A stretch of DNA of 64,000 bases from Lysobacterales bacterium (GCA_041395325.1 JAWLAT010000004.1:230684-294683), one strand, 5' to 3'. Counted from the stretch's first letter, positions 44,891 to 54,127 are shown. Notes: generated from the sequence alone by a model not told the origin. Translations and numbers: made by a program.

Positions 44891-44918
44891 CCCCGCTTCG
44901 GCGGGGTTTGTGTTTTTG
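44891..44918 (+). terminator. rho-independent terminator of hppA
   Basis: The hairpin CCCCGC-TTCG-GCGGGG is followed by TTTGTGTTTTTGG. Confidence 0.8.
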
Positions 44919-44940
44919 GGGCTGAGGGCTGAGGGGTCAG
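44917..44940. repeat. heptamer repeat arm (GGGCTGAGGGCTGAGGGG)
   Basis: It is the same family as the arrays at 5477, 7488 and 54172. It is inverted relative to the arm at 45934-45962. Confidence 0.6.
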
Positions 44941-45099
44941 CGCCGAAAAATCTGGTCTGATGGACTCGGGTAGATTGAGGCCGAAGTACTTGAGATCTAG
45001 GATCGAGGATCAGAATCGAGTTCTGGTTGAGTTTGCTGAGCGTTCGCGGAACGTGCACATAAGGGGGGGCGACCGGGGCAACGTTGATCTGGCAAATCG

Positions 45100-45182
45100 C
45101 AAGCCCCGAAGGGGCGCAGGGTGATAGCCCAGGGCAACGCCCTGGGATCCGAAACGCAACATGTAGAGCCCTGAAAGGGCGA
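45100..45182. repeat. REP-like palindromic cluster upstream of the RAYT gene
   Basis: The palindromes are GCCCCGAAGGGGC, CCCAGGGCAACGCCCTGGG and GCCCTGAAAGGGC. The same block occurs reverse-complemented at 45764-45836. Confidence 0.65.
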
Positions 45183-45273
45183 AATCCTCTGGATGCAACT
45201 GCGACTTCTTCGGCTGCAACGTTGCCAAAGGCATCAGATGTGATAGAGCTGAGGAACGAAAGGAGGAATCTCC

Positions 45274-45726
45274 ATGCCTCAATCGCTGGCACAGATGTTG
45301 GTGCATCTGGTCTTCTCCACCCGGCACCGCGAGGCGTGGTTGTCCGACGACGTCCGCGACGAGCTCCACGCCTACATCGGCGGAATCATCAAAAACCAGA
45401 AAGGCGTACTACTGCGGGTAGGATCGGTTGCTGATCACATTCACCTGTTACTCGTCCATCCTCGAACCTGTGCGCCAGCGGACCTGGTGCAGGAAGTCAA
45501 GACGGGCACCTCAAAGTGGCTGAAGGCCAGGGGTTCCAAGTTCGCCGACTTTCACTGGCAAAACGGCTATGGGCTGTTTTCCATCAGTCCAAGCCATCGT
45601 AGGGCGCTCGAAGGCTATATTGACCATCAGGCCGAGCACCATCGGGTCTACTCGTTTCAGGATGAGTACCGAAGGTTGCTGGACAGGTATGGGCTTGAGT
45701 TCGATGAGCGGTATGTGTGGGACTAA
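45274..45726 (+). mobile_element. REP-associated tyrosine transposase (RAYT, IS200/IS605-like Y1 transposase)
   Basis: The N-terminus MPQSLAQMLVHLVFSTRHRE is diagnostic of the RAYT/TnpA_REP family. The HuH motif (HIHLLL) and the catalytic Tyr region are present. A strong AAGGAGG RBS lies upstream. The gene is flanked by inverted REP-like blocks. Confidence 0.8.
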
Positions 45727-45763
45727 CTGGCTTCCAAGACTGGAATTGAATGTTCCGCCCCTT

Positions 45764-45836
45764 CAGGGCTTGTGAATGGGCGACGTCTTACCCAGGGCGT
45801 TGCCCTGGGCTATCTCATGCGGCCCCGTTGGGGCAT
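45764..45836. repeat. REP-like palindromic cluster downstream of the RAYT gene (inverted copy of 45100-45182)
   Basis: It contains GCCCCTTCAGGGC, CCCAGGGCGTTGCCCTGGG and GGCCCCGTTGGGGC. The reverse complement matches the upstream block, including GATAGCCCAGGGCAACGCCCTGGG. Confidence 0.65.
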
Positions 45837-45868
45837 TTCGGTAGGAGCCGTTGTCTAGTCGCGCGACG

Positions 45869-48800
45869 TCACTTCCCCTTGCCCTCCGCAGCGCTCCCTG
45901 ATCTTTCCGATCGCGGTGATGGCGGGTTCTCGCTGGGCCCCGTGCCCTGAGCCCTGGGCCCTTTCTCCGGTTTGGCCGGATCCGCCCCGATGCGCTTCAC
46001 CAGACCGTCCAGTTCGGTTCGCACATGCCGGATGTGCTCCCAGATGCTCTGGTCCAGCCGCAACTTGTGGTGAATGGCCGAGACCAGCGGGACCAGGGTG
46101 TCTTCGTAGCTGCGGGCGAGCTGGGCCAGGGTTTCGCCGATGATGGGGGGCGTTTCCGCGGCAGCGGCTGGCTGGGCGGTGTTCTTGGCGACGGCCTTCA
46201 GGGCCTGACTCAGCGCGGCGGGATCGAATTCGCCCAGCCGGGTCAGGGCGGCCTGCAGTGACTGCAGCAGTGGGTGTTCGGCGGGCTGGTCGAGGGCGGC
46301 CAGACGCTCCAGTGCCTTGAGACTGTCCAGCGCGCCGAGGCTGCCGGCCAGCGCCTTGGCCTGGGACTGGGTCTGACTGTTGCCACGTTCGAGCTGGTTG
46401 GCGATGTCGGCCAGCAGCCCGGACACGCGAGTCAGGCCGTCGGCATCCTTGCCGCCCTGCTTGAGCAGGCGTCGGTACTCATCGCAGACGCTCTCCCAGC
46501 GGGCGGTGCTCTGCTCGTCGGCCTGACCGATCAGCTGGCGCAGCTTGAGCAGGTTCTCTTCGGCGCGCGGTCCCAGCGTTTGTGCCTCGCCGCGATAGTG
46601 GTCCAGCACCAGCGCCTCAAGCTCGGCGTCGGTCAGCAGTGGTGACAGCTGTGCCGCCAGCTTGACCATGTTGCGATAGCTGCCCTGCAGCTTGAAAGGC
46701 GGTTCGGTGCGGAAGGCGTCGTCCTGCGCCGCGCTGGCGACGTAGGCGGCGTTTACGCGCATCAGGATCTCGCGCACCTGACCCAGTCGACGCAGCAGCT
46801 CGGCCAGTTCGGCCGCATTGGGCAGGTGCGCTGGCAGCGGTTCGTCTTCGCCAGCCGCGATTCGCAGCGCGACTCGAACCTCCTCGCGGGGACGCTCGGC
46901 CAGCGGTTGGCTGAGCGGATGGGCAGTCAGCGCGTTTTCCAGATAGGAATCGGCGAACAGCCGCTCGCGGCCACTGAGCACGTCGCCCAGATTGTAGGTA
47001 TCGGCACGGTTGGCCAGCATGTCCGGGATACGAAAGCGCTCGCCGCTCTCGGTGTAGGGATTGCCGGCCATGATCAGGGCGAAGCGCTTGCCACGCAGAT
47101 CCAGCGTGCGCGCCTGACCGTCGACGACCGCATCGATGCGGCGGGTGCCGTCGGCCAGCGAAATGAACTTCTGCAGGAACTCCGGCCCCAGGTGCTGGAT
47201 GTCGTCCAGATAGAGCATGACATTGCGGCTCATCGCCAGACCGAGGTTGAGCTTGATCAGCTCCTCTCGAGCGGCCTGATGCGGCGCCTGGGCCGGGTCC
47301 AGGCCAGTGACCTCATGGCCCAGTGTGGGTCCGTTGATGCGCACGAAGGTCATGCCCAGCCGGTCGGCCAGATACTCCATCAGCGTGGTCTTGCCGTAGC
47401 CGGGCGGGCTGATCAGCAGCAGCATGCCCGAACGATCCGAGCGCTTTTCACCCACTGTGCCGATCTGCTTGGCCAGGTTGTTGCCGATCAAGGGCAGATA
47501 GAGCTCGTCGATCAGGCGGTTGCGGACGAATCCGGCCAGCGGCTTGGGTCGGAACTGTTCCAGTGCCAGTTCGCGCTGGGCCAGGGCCAGCCGTTCGTGG
47601 CGCAGCCTGGCGAAGGCACGGAAATCCGGTTCGACGACCTTGCGATAGTGCTGCAGTCGTTGCTGGAAGGCGGGCAGGGCGACCACCAATTGGCCATCGA
47701 CGATGCGCCGATGTTCACCGCGCATGCCGCTGAGTTCGGTTTGCAGCTCGACGTTGACCCGCTCGCGTGGCAGCTCGAACAGCAGGGCGCAGGCGGCTTC
47801 CTGCCGCACTTCGACGCTGGCATTGGTGCCCAGCGCCTGACACCAGCCGAACGCCAAGGCGAAACGCTCGCCCAAGGCCAGGGCCGGGTCCTGCAGCGCC
47901 TCGGCCAGTTCGCGTGGCAGGGCGGCCAGGACCGCCGCCTGCAGATCCGCTGCGGCTGGCGACTGCGGAAAGCGCGCGTCGGACTGGCCGTGAACCTCGA
48001 TCAGATGCCTTGCCGCGGCCTCGGCCAGCAGCGCGCCATCAGCCAGCGCCAGTTCCTCGGCCAGTGTGCTCAGTCCGGTCAGCCAGCTGGCCGGGAGATC
48101 GGCCCGAGCGCCTTCGTGCTGGGCCAGCCAGGCCAGGCCGGCAGCCTGTCGGGCCAAGGCACCCCGCTTGCTGTGCAGCTGACTGGCGAACCAGGCCTGC
48201 GCCAACACTCGGGCCGGCACGGGCGCGGACAGCAAACCGGCGTGACGCGCCTGGCTCAACAGTGCGGCCAGGATCTGTGCGGCGTCGTGATCGTGTACGC
48301 CGCGTTGGTAATCTTCCGCGGGACGGGCTTGCGCGGCCGCCGCGACGGCGGGCAGCAATGCTTCGGCGTCCAAAGTGCCGATGTCCGCCGGTGGCTGGCC
48401 CTGCCATTGCTCAAACAGCAATGCCGCGAGGTATTCAGCGCGATAGACGTCGGCGTTCTCGCTGACCAGCAGCTGCGTCCAGACCTCGCGGAAGCGCTCG
48501 GCTTCGGGCCACTGCAGCTGGCGGCGATAGTCGGTGCCGGCCAACTGCAACTGCAAGCCCTCCGGTCCGGGCAACAGCACCGGCTCCAGGGCTTGCCGCT
48601 CGATGCTGAAGCGCTGCGCCCCCAGCGCCAGACTGTCGCCACTGGTGCCCAGTTCGGAGCGGTCGCGGGCGTCGCGCAGGCCGGCTTCCTTCAAGGCCTG
48701 CAGGCGGCTGGCCAGTTCATCGGCAGCGACGTTCTCGCCCAGCTCGCGTAACTGGTCGATCTGATGGCGGGCGCGCTCGACCAGCGTGTCGGCGGCGAAG

Positions 48801-51175
48801 AAGGCGTGGATCGCCTCGCCGTCGGTCAGTCGCCCGACCCGCCGTGGCACCCCATCGAGGATCCGCTCGACCGCGACTCGCAACGCGCTGGTGCGCCGAT
48901 TGCGCTCGGCCTGCAGTTGCTCGCGTCGGGCGGCAAAGGCTTCCAGCACGGTTTCGCGGCGCTGCACCAGTTCCTCGGCGAAGCGCGGTTGAGTGGCGAA
49001 GCGACCTTCCAGCGTCTCGATCTGCGAGATGGCGCGAGCCAGCCCTTCGTCTGCGGCTTCGGGCGTGTCGCAGCGCGCCAACTGATGTTGCAGCGACTGC
49101 TCCAGCACGGTCAGCTGGGCTCCGAACTCCAGCCCCTGCTCGGTCTCGACCAGACCCTCACTGCGTTGTTTCAGCCGGCTGCGCAACCGATTGACGTCGG
49201 CGTAGAGGCCGCTGGTGGCGGCCAGCAACTCGGCTCGGGCCTGGGCATCGGTCTGTTCAAAGCCGGCGATCAGCTCGGACAGGCCATCGAGTGACTCGGC
49301 CAACTCATCCAGTTGCTCGGCCAGCGGCCGCAGCGCCGCGCTGGTGGCAGCCTGTTCGACTTCGCTGGAGAGCTGTTCCAGTCCGCTGCGCAGGTCGGCG
49401 AAGGCGGCCGGATCGGAGAAGAACTTGATGGCGCGATCACCGACGCGCCGCAGCGTGTCCTGCAACTGCCCATCGAGCTGTGCGATCGCCTGTTCGTCCA
49501 CGTGCGGCTGTTCGGCCAGGCCGACCAGCTCGCCGCGTCGGCGTTTCAGCGCTGCGATGGCGCGCGTGAAATCGTCCGGCTGTTGCCACAGCAGGGACTC
49601 GGTCTGTGACAGCAGCTCGCGCACTTCGCCAGCCGCATGGTCGACCGCCTGACGGGCCTGTGCCCGTTGCACCTCCAGCCGTTCGTAGGCCTGCAAGGCC
49701 GCATCGGCCGCCTTGTGAATCTCCTGCAGGGGTTCGTGCAGTGCGCCGGCCTCGGCTTCCGCCAGCCAGGGATAGGCGTCGCGCGAGCGCGCGGCCAGGC
49801 GGATCAGTCGTTCATAGGCCGGGCGCGTGTCGGCGTCTTCGGCCAGCCGCGCCAACTGCCGCAGCTCGGCCAGACCGCGCACCAGCACGGCGTTGCCGAG
49901 TCGGCCCAGCAGACCTTCCGGTCGGACCTGGGCGGCGGCGTGTTCGTCCGAGCAGAAGGGCGAGGACCACAGCTGCATCGTGTGCAAACGGGCCGGCTCA
50001 TCCAGTTCCGGTGTGAACAGCAGCAGACGGCCGTCGTCGAAGCGGGCATAGCCGTTGGCCAGCAAGGGTGAGCCGATGGACCGATCGATCAGGTTGTAGG
50101 GCAGCAGCGCGTAGCGACCGCTGAGCTCCTCGTGGAAGACGTACAGCACATCTTCGCCACTGGGCGCGCGTATCTGCCGTTTCAGCCGGAAGCCGGCGAA
50201 ATCATGACCCAGCTCGGCGAAGTGCTTGGACTCGCCAGACTCCAGGTAATAGCCACCGGGAAAGACAATGCCGTGGTCCTCCGGCAGTTCCAGACAGGAA
50301 TCGCCGATCTCGTCGATGCGCACCACCTGACGATTGCGCTTGTTGTAGACCAGATGTCGCCAGGCGCTTTCCCGGTAGGGTCGGATGCGCAGCAGGATCA
50401 GCGTGCGCAGGTCGGCATAGGCGATGTCGGCGTCGGCCAGCGACTGGTTCTTGTCATCGACCGGCTCGGCATAGATGCCCAGGCCGCTGTCGGTGTTGTT
50501 CTCGATCTTGACGGTCAGATCGCCGCCGACTGTCTCGACGAAGATCGTGTCGAGGATGTTGACGTGCGGATGGCGCCCGAGCACGTGCTGTTCGCGGCCG
50601 ACGTTGATCCACTCGAAGTCGTGTGTTGGCGGCAATACATGATCGCGTTCGCCGCGGTTGTCGATGTACTCGACCTGGCCATTGCGATCGATGCCGAAGC
50701 GGAACACGCGCCGGTCGGCCGCCTGTGAGCCGGTTCGGAACACCAGCAGCAGTTTGTCGCCAGCCACACGCAACATGTCCAGCGTGGTGGCGCGGTAGTA
50801 GGTGTAGAGCTCGCGAAAATCGGCGACGAAGCGCGGCTGGGCCAGGAAGCTGCCGCTCAGCGGCAGCGGCGTCAACTCGGCTGCCGAGCCTTCGCCGCTG
50901 AGCTGATAGAGGCAGAAGACGTCCTCGACCTGGGTCTGTTGCTTCAGGCCGATGTGGACGTTATAGCCAAACAACAGGCAGTCACCGACGCGGACCAGAT
51001 CCCGCGCCAGGCAATTGTGCTCGGTGCGCGCCGACAGTCTCGCCGCCAGCCGCGGCTCGACCCGGCCGTAGACGGCCAGACGCTGCTGATTGAGCGTTTC
51101 GCTGCGCTCCCGCAGCGTCCCGGCCAAGCCAGCCAGGCGCTTGCGCAACAGATCCAGAGAGCCGGAGAGGTCCAT
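45869..51175 (-). CDS. giant (1768 aa) protein with a single AAA+ ATPase core, long helical/coiled-coil regions and an unknown N-terminal domain
   Basis: The ATG is at 51175. The AAA+ core lies at about residues 1240-1440: Walker A ISPPGYGKTT, Walker B MLYLDDIQH, and a sensor/Arg-finger-like region (RFALIMAGNPYTESGERFRIPDMLANRADTY). The N-terminal about 450 aa matches nothing I recognise. The middle about 700 aa is Ala/Leu/Glu/Arg-rich helical. The last gene of the yjfI/pspA-like cluster lies directly upstream. Confidence 0.8.
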   Translation of the reverse strand: MDLSGSLDLLRKRLAGLAGTLRERSETLNQQRLAVYGRVEPRLAARLSARTEHNCLARDLVRVGDCLLFGYNVHIGLKQQTQVEDVFCLYQLSGEGSAAELTPLPLSGSFLAQPRFVADFRELYTYYRATTLDMLRVAGDKLLLVFRTGSQAADRRVFRFGIDRNGQVEYIDNRGERDHVLPPTHDFEWINVGREQHVLGRHPHVNILDTIFVETVGGDLTVKIENNTDSGLGIYAEPVDDKNQSLADADIAYADLRTLILLRIRPYRESAWRHLVYNKRNRQVVRIDEIGDSCLELPEDHGIVFPGGYYLESGESKHFAELGHDFAGFRLKRQIRAPSGEDVLYVFHEELSGRYALLPYNLIDRSIGSPLLANGYARFDDGRLLLFTPELDEPARLHTMQLWSSPFCSDEHAAAQVRPEGLLGRLGNAVLVRGLAELRQLARLAEDADTRPAYERLIRLAARSRDAYPWLAEAEAGALHEPLQEIHKAADAALQAYERLEVQRAQARQAVDHAAGEVRELLSQTESLLWQQPDDFTRAIAALKRRRGELVGLAEQPHVDEQAIAQLDGQLQDTLRRVGDRAIKFFSDPAAFADLRSGLEQLSSEVEQAATSAALRPLAEQLDELAESLDGLSELIAGFEQTDAQARAELLAATSGLYADVNRLRSRLKQRSEGLVETEQGLEFGAQLTVLEQSLQHQLARCDTPEAADEGLARAISQIETLEGRFATQPRFAEELVQRRETVLEAFAARREQLQAERNRRTSALRVAVERILDGVPRRVGRLTDGEAIHAFFAADTLVERARHQIDQLRELGENVAADELASRLQALKEAGLRDARDRSELGTSGDSLALGAQRFSIERQALEPVLLPGPEGLQLQLAGTDYRRQLQWPEAERFREVWTQLLVSENADVYRAEYLAALLFEQWQGQPPADIGTLDAEALLPAVAAAAQARPAEDYQRGVHDHDAAQILAALLSQARHAGLLSAPVPARVLAQAWFASQLHSKRGALARQAAGLAWLAQHEGARADLPASWLTGLSTLAEELALADGALLAEAAARHLIEVHGQSDARFPQSPAAADLQAAVLAALPRELAEALQDPALALGERFALAFGWCQALGTNASVEVRQEAACALLFELPRERVNVELQTELSGMRGEHRRIVDGQLVVALPAFQQRLQHYRKVVEPDFRAFARLRHERLALAQRELALEQFRPKPLAGFVRNRLIDELYLPLIGNNLAKQIGTVGEKRSDRSGMLLLISPPGYGKTTLMEYLADRLGMTFVRINGPTLGHEVTGLDPAQAPHQAAREELIKLNLGLAMSRNVMLYLDDIQHLGPEFLQKFISLADGTRRIDAVVDGQARTLDLRGKRFALIMAGNPYTESGERFRIPDMLANRADTYNLGDVLSGRERLFADSYLENALTAHPLSQPLAERPREEVRVALRIAAGEDEPLPAHLPNAAELAELLRRLGQVREILMRVNAAYVASAAQDDAFRTEPPFKLQGSYRNMVKLAAQLSPLLTDAELEALVLDHYRGEAQTLGPRAEENLLKLRQLIGQADEQSTARWESVCDEYRRLLKQGGKDADGLTRVSGLLADIANQLERGNSQTQSQAKALAGSLGALDSLKALERLAALDQPAEHPLLQSLQAALTRLGEFDPAALSQALKAVAKNTAQPAAAAETPPIIGETLAQLARSYEDTLVPLVSAIHHKLRLDQSIWEHIRHVRTELDGLVKRIGADPAKPEKGPRAQGTGPSENPPSPRSERSGSAAEGKGK
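45934..45962. repeat. heptamer repeat arm (CCGTGCCCTGAGCCCTGGGCCC)
   Basis: It is the partner of the arm at 44917-44940 in inverted orientation. It lies inside the 3' end of the giant ORF's track coordinates, at its C-terminal low-complexity tail. Confidence 0.5.
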
Positions 51176-51182
51176 TTAGATT

Positions 51183-51343
51183 AGTTCCAGTTGCCTGTTC
51201 CAGTGGCCAGTGAGAAGCCGGCCAGTCCGTCGTGATCGCTCTGCCTTGGGCCGTCGGCCTGAGCTGTGCGTTCGCTGCCGATGACCGACACGGTTGGCGA
51301 TTGCGACGCTTTCAACTGGCTACTGGAACTAGCCACTGGAACT
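51183..51343. promoter_or_regulatory. two 26-bp inverted arms made of tandem GTTCCAGTNGC motifs flanking about 105 bp (operator array or small MITE) between the flotillin and giant genes
   Basis: The arm at 51183-51213 is AGTTCCAGTTGCCTGTTCCAGTGGCCAGTGA. The arm at 51315-51343 is CTGGCTACTGGAACTAGCCACTGGAACTG, its approximate reverse complement. The right arm overlaps the flotillin stop codon. Confidence 0.5.
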
Positions 51344-53407
51344 GCTCTCACCTCCCATCGCGCGCCTGAGCCACCCCTGCAACTCGCCCAGTTCCTCGTG
51401 GCGCCCGTCCTTGGCCAGTTTCTGGGCCAGTTTGGCGATCGAAAGATCACGCACGGCGTCGGCGCCGCCGAGGGCCTTGATCAGCCGCTCGGCGTCGTCG
51501 ACCAGATCGCGCTTGCCGCTGCGGTGATCGGCAGTGGCCTGGCTCAGCAGCGTGCTCTTGGCAATCGTGCCGTCGATGGACTTGCCCAGGCTGAGCGAGC
51601 GCATGAAGCGTTCGAAATACTCGCCGTCGCCACCGACGATCTCGATATTCGCCTTCTGCAGCGCCTGCGCCAGCACGGCGGCCTGCTCGCGGGCGATCGC
51701 CTGATTGGCCTCGATGTGCTTGAGGGTCTGCGCGTGGGCGTAGTCCAGTTCCATGCGCTTTTCCTCGTGCGCGCGGGTGTCCGGACTCATCTGCTGCATC
51801 GCCTCGAATTTCTCGCGCAGGCCCTTGGCCTCGGCGGCGAAGCGGGCGGCGATGGCCTGTGCCTCGGCCAGACCGCGCTTCTCCTGACCCGTGGCCTCGG
51901 CTTCCAGCTTCAGTCGCAGCGCTTCGGCCTGGGCTTCACCCTGGGCGCGGATGGCATCGGCATCGACCTGCTTGACCTTGGCCTGCACGACACCCTGCTT
52001 TTCTTCCGCGTCGGCCTTGGCCAACTGCACACGAGCCTCGGCCAGGCCGGCCGCAGCGGCCAGTGCCTCGGCGCCTTCGGCCTCGCGCTTCTTCGCTTCG
52101 GCCGCCTTGGCGGCGACCGCCAGCCGCGCCTCGGCCATGGTCAGCTCCTCGCTGGCCTTGTGGCGGGCACGCTGTTCCTCGGCCTCGGCCTGGCGCGTTT
52201 CGGCGATGAAGCGCTCGTCTGCCTGGCCTTGCGCCAGCACCACGGCCGCCTTCTTGCTGCGCTCGGCATCGGCCAGCGTGCGCAGATTCTTGATCTCCTC
52301 TTCCTGCTCGGCGACGGTGCGCTCGACCACGATGCGCTCGCGCACCACGTCGGCGATGGCCTTCTTCTGCACCTCCAGCGCCTTCTCCTTCTCGATCTGC
52401 TGCAGCGCCACCTCGCGCTCGCGATCGACCATCTCCAGTTCTCGCGCGCGGGTGACCTTCTCCTCTTCGATGGCCACGGCGCGCTGGCGGTTCTTTTCGG
52501 CCACCTCGGTTTCGCGCTTGAGGTTCTCGGTCTGCACCGCGATGGCCTGGTCGGCGGCAATGCGGGCCAGCTCGGATTTCATCCGCTCTTCCGACGCCAC
52601 CTTGGCGCTTTCGGCTTCCTCACGGGCGCGGGTGATGGCGATTTCGCGCTGCTGGTTGACTTCGGCAGTGGCCTTCTGCCGATCCAGTTCGAGCACGGCT
52701 TCGACGGTTTCCACGTCCTTCTTCTTGATCCGCATCTCTTCGTCGCGACGCAACTCGTTGGTGCGGATGTTCTGCTCGGCCGTCAGCTCGGTGATCTTGC
52801 GGATGCCCTGGGCGTCGAGGATGTTGTGCGGATCCAGCGAGGCCATCGGCGTCTGTTCCAGGTAGTCGATGGCTGCGTCTTCCAGCACATAGCCGGACAG
52901 GTCGTCACCGATCTGCGCGATGATCTCGTCACGGAAGCGATCACGCGCCTGGTACAGCTCCTCGAAGTCCATCGCCTTGCCGACGGTCTTCAGGGCCTCG
53001 GAGAACTTGGCGCTGAACAGATTTTCCAGCGTCTCCTGGTTGGAGGCGCGGGCGCAGCCGATGCCCTGTGCGACCTTGAGCACGTCGGCTGCGGTCTTGT
53101 TGACGCGGACGAAGAAATTGACCTTGATGTCGGCGCGGATGTTGTCCTTGCAGATCAGGCCTTCCTTGCCGGAACGCTCAATCTCGATGGTCTTCAGCGA
53201 GATGTCCATGATCTCGCGCTTGTGCAGCACAGGGATGACCAGCCGGCCGGTGAAGGTCACCTCCGGTTCGGCGCGCATCGTGTTGATGATCATCGCGTGG
53301 CCCTGTTCCACCTTCTGATAGAACTTGGCCACCAGTCCGAGGAAAAACAGGATCAGGATTGCGGCGACGATGACGCCAACAATCAGGGTGGTGATCGATG
53401 CATCCAT
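51329..53407 (-). CDS. flotillin family (SPFH/band-7) protein, YqiK-like
   Basis: It has an N-terminal TM segment (ITTLIVGVIVAAILILFFLGL) and an SPFH domain. It also has a long EA-rich coiled-coil flotillin region (AEAEEQRARHKASEEL...) and is about 692 aa. Confidence 0.85.
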   Translation of the reverse strand: MDASITTLIVGVIVAAILILFFLGLVAKFYQKVEQGHAMIINTMRAEPEVTFTGRLVIPVLHKREIMDISLKTIEIERSGKEGLICKDNIRADIKVNFFVRVNKTAADVLKVAQGIGCARASNQETLENLFSAKFSEALKTVGKAMDFEELYQARDRFRDEIIAQIGDDLSGYVLEDAAIDYLEQTPMASLDPHNILDAQGIRKITELTAEQNIRTNELRRDEEMRIKKKDVETVEAVLELDRQKATAEVNQQREIAITRAREEAESAKVASEERMKSELARIAADQAIAVQTENLKRETEVAEKNRQRAVAIEEEKVTRARELEMVDREREVALQQIEKEKALEVQKKAIADVVRERIVVERTVAEQEEEIKNLRTLADAERSKKAAVVLAQGQADERFIAETRQAEAEEQRARHKASEELTMAEARLAVAAKAAEAKKREAEGAEALAAAAGLAEARVQLAKADAEEKQGVVQAKVKQVDADAIRAQGEAQAEALRLKLEAEATGQEKRGLAEAQAIAARFAAEAKGLREKFEAMQQMSPDTRAHEEKRMELDYAHAQTLKHIEANQAIAREQAAVLAQALQKANIEIVGGDGEYFERFMRSLSLGKSIDGTIAKSTLLSQATADHRSGKRDLVDDAERLIKALGGADAVRDLSIAKLAQKLAKDGRHEELGELQGWLRRAMGGESSSSG

Positions 53408-53500
53408 GATGGGATCCTTGTGGTCAGCACGGCGTCGTCGAAGTAGCCGCCGGTCGGCCCAACGCCGGGGCCGGCAGGCGAACAGTCCATGGCGGTTGGG

Positions 53501-54127
53501 TCAGCCGTCCCAGCGCTCGATTTCGTAACGGTCCCGGGTGGCGTCAAAGCTCAGGATCAGTGCCGGTGCACCCTTGCCCAACTCGTTCGGGGTGCGGGCC
53601 CAGGCTTTCAGATTGAGTTCGCCGCCTTCGCCCAGGTCAACGCGCACCTGGCCGAAGCCCTCGTCCACGCGCAGCGTCAGCACCTTGCAGCGTCGACCGA
53701 TCAGATCGACCGGCTTCGGTCCGGCGTGCACCTTGAACAACGGCTTGAGGGGCTTGAGCAGGGCCGCACTGATCGGTACTGCGATCACCAGTGCCAGCAG
53801 CAGCACCAGCGTCCCGGTCAGCCAGCCCGGCAGCGGTACCCAGGTCGACCACTGCGCAGCCAGCAGCGTCAGCAGCCACCAGAAAAACACCAGCGTACTG
53901 ATGACGATGGAGAAGGGCAGTCGGTCCAGCCCCAGTGCTACCAGCATCCCGGGCACGTCACCTTCGACGTCGGCCTCCAGATCTCCCCCGCCGAGCCAGT
54001 CCGGTCCGAAGGAATCCAGGTCCAGCAGGCCCAGCATGGCGATCAGCCACAGGACCATCAGCACGCCCAGCAGGGCCGTGGGAATGATCCCGGGGAAATG
54101 CGTGAGGTGGTGGAGGAGGGTGTCCAT
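53501..54127 (-). CDS. NfeD-like (YqiJ-like) membrane protein with C-terminal OB-fold
   Basis: It has three or four TM segments followed by a soluble C-terminal beta domain (GRRCKVLTLRVDEGFGQVRVDLGEGGELNLKAWAR). This is the classical flotillin partner gene order (nfeD then flotillin). Confidence 0.75.
   Translation of the reverse strand: MDTLLHHLTHFPGIIPTALLGVLMVLWLIAMLGLLDLDSFGPDWLGGGDLEADVEGDVPGMLVALGLDRLPFSIVISTLVFFWWLLTLLAAQWSTWVPLPGWLTGTLVLLLALVIAVPISAALLKPLKPLFKVHAGPKPVDLIGRRCKVLTLRVDEGFGQVRVDLGEGGELNLKAWARTPNELGKGAPALILSFDATRDRYEIERWDG

Noticed and set aside
44941-45270. tRNA or tmRNA in the lower-GC spacer
   Set aside because: There is no cloverleaf-compatible acceptor/T-arm (no GTTCGAATC-like T-loop) and no CCA-proximal stem.
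51183-51213. Possible sigma-54 (-24/-12) promoter because of TGGAAC/TGGCC elements
   Set aside because: The GG-N10-GC spacing is not satisfied in any register. It is better explained as a repeated GTTCCAGTNGC motif.
46826-53446. 641-aa and 726-aa plus-strand ORFs (46826..48751, 51266..53446) opposite the giant ATPase and flotillin genes
   Set aside because: They are Gln/Gly/Leu/Arg-rich low-complexity mirror translations of coiled-coil coding sequence. The sense genes have clear domains.
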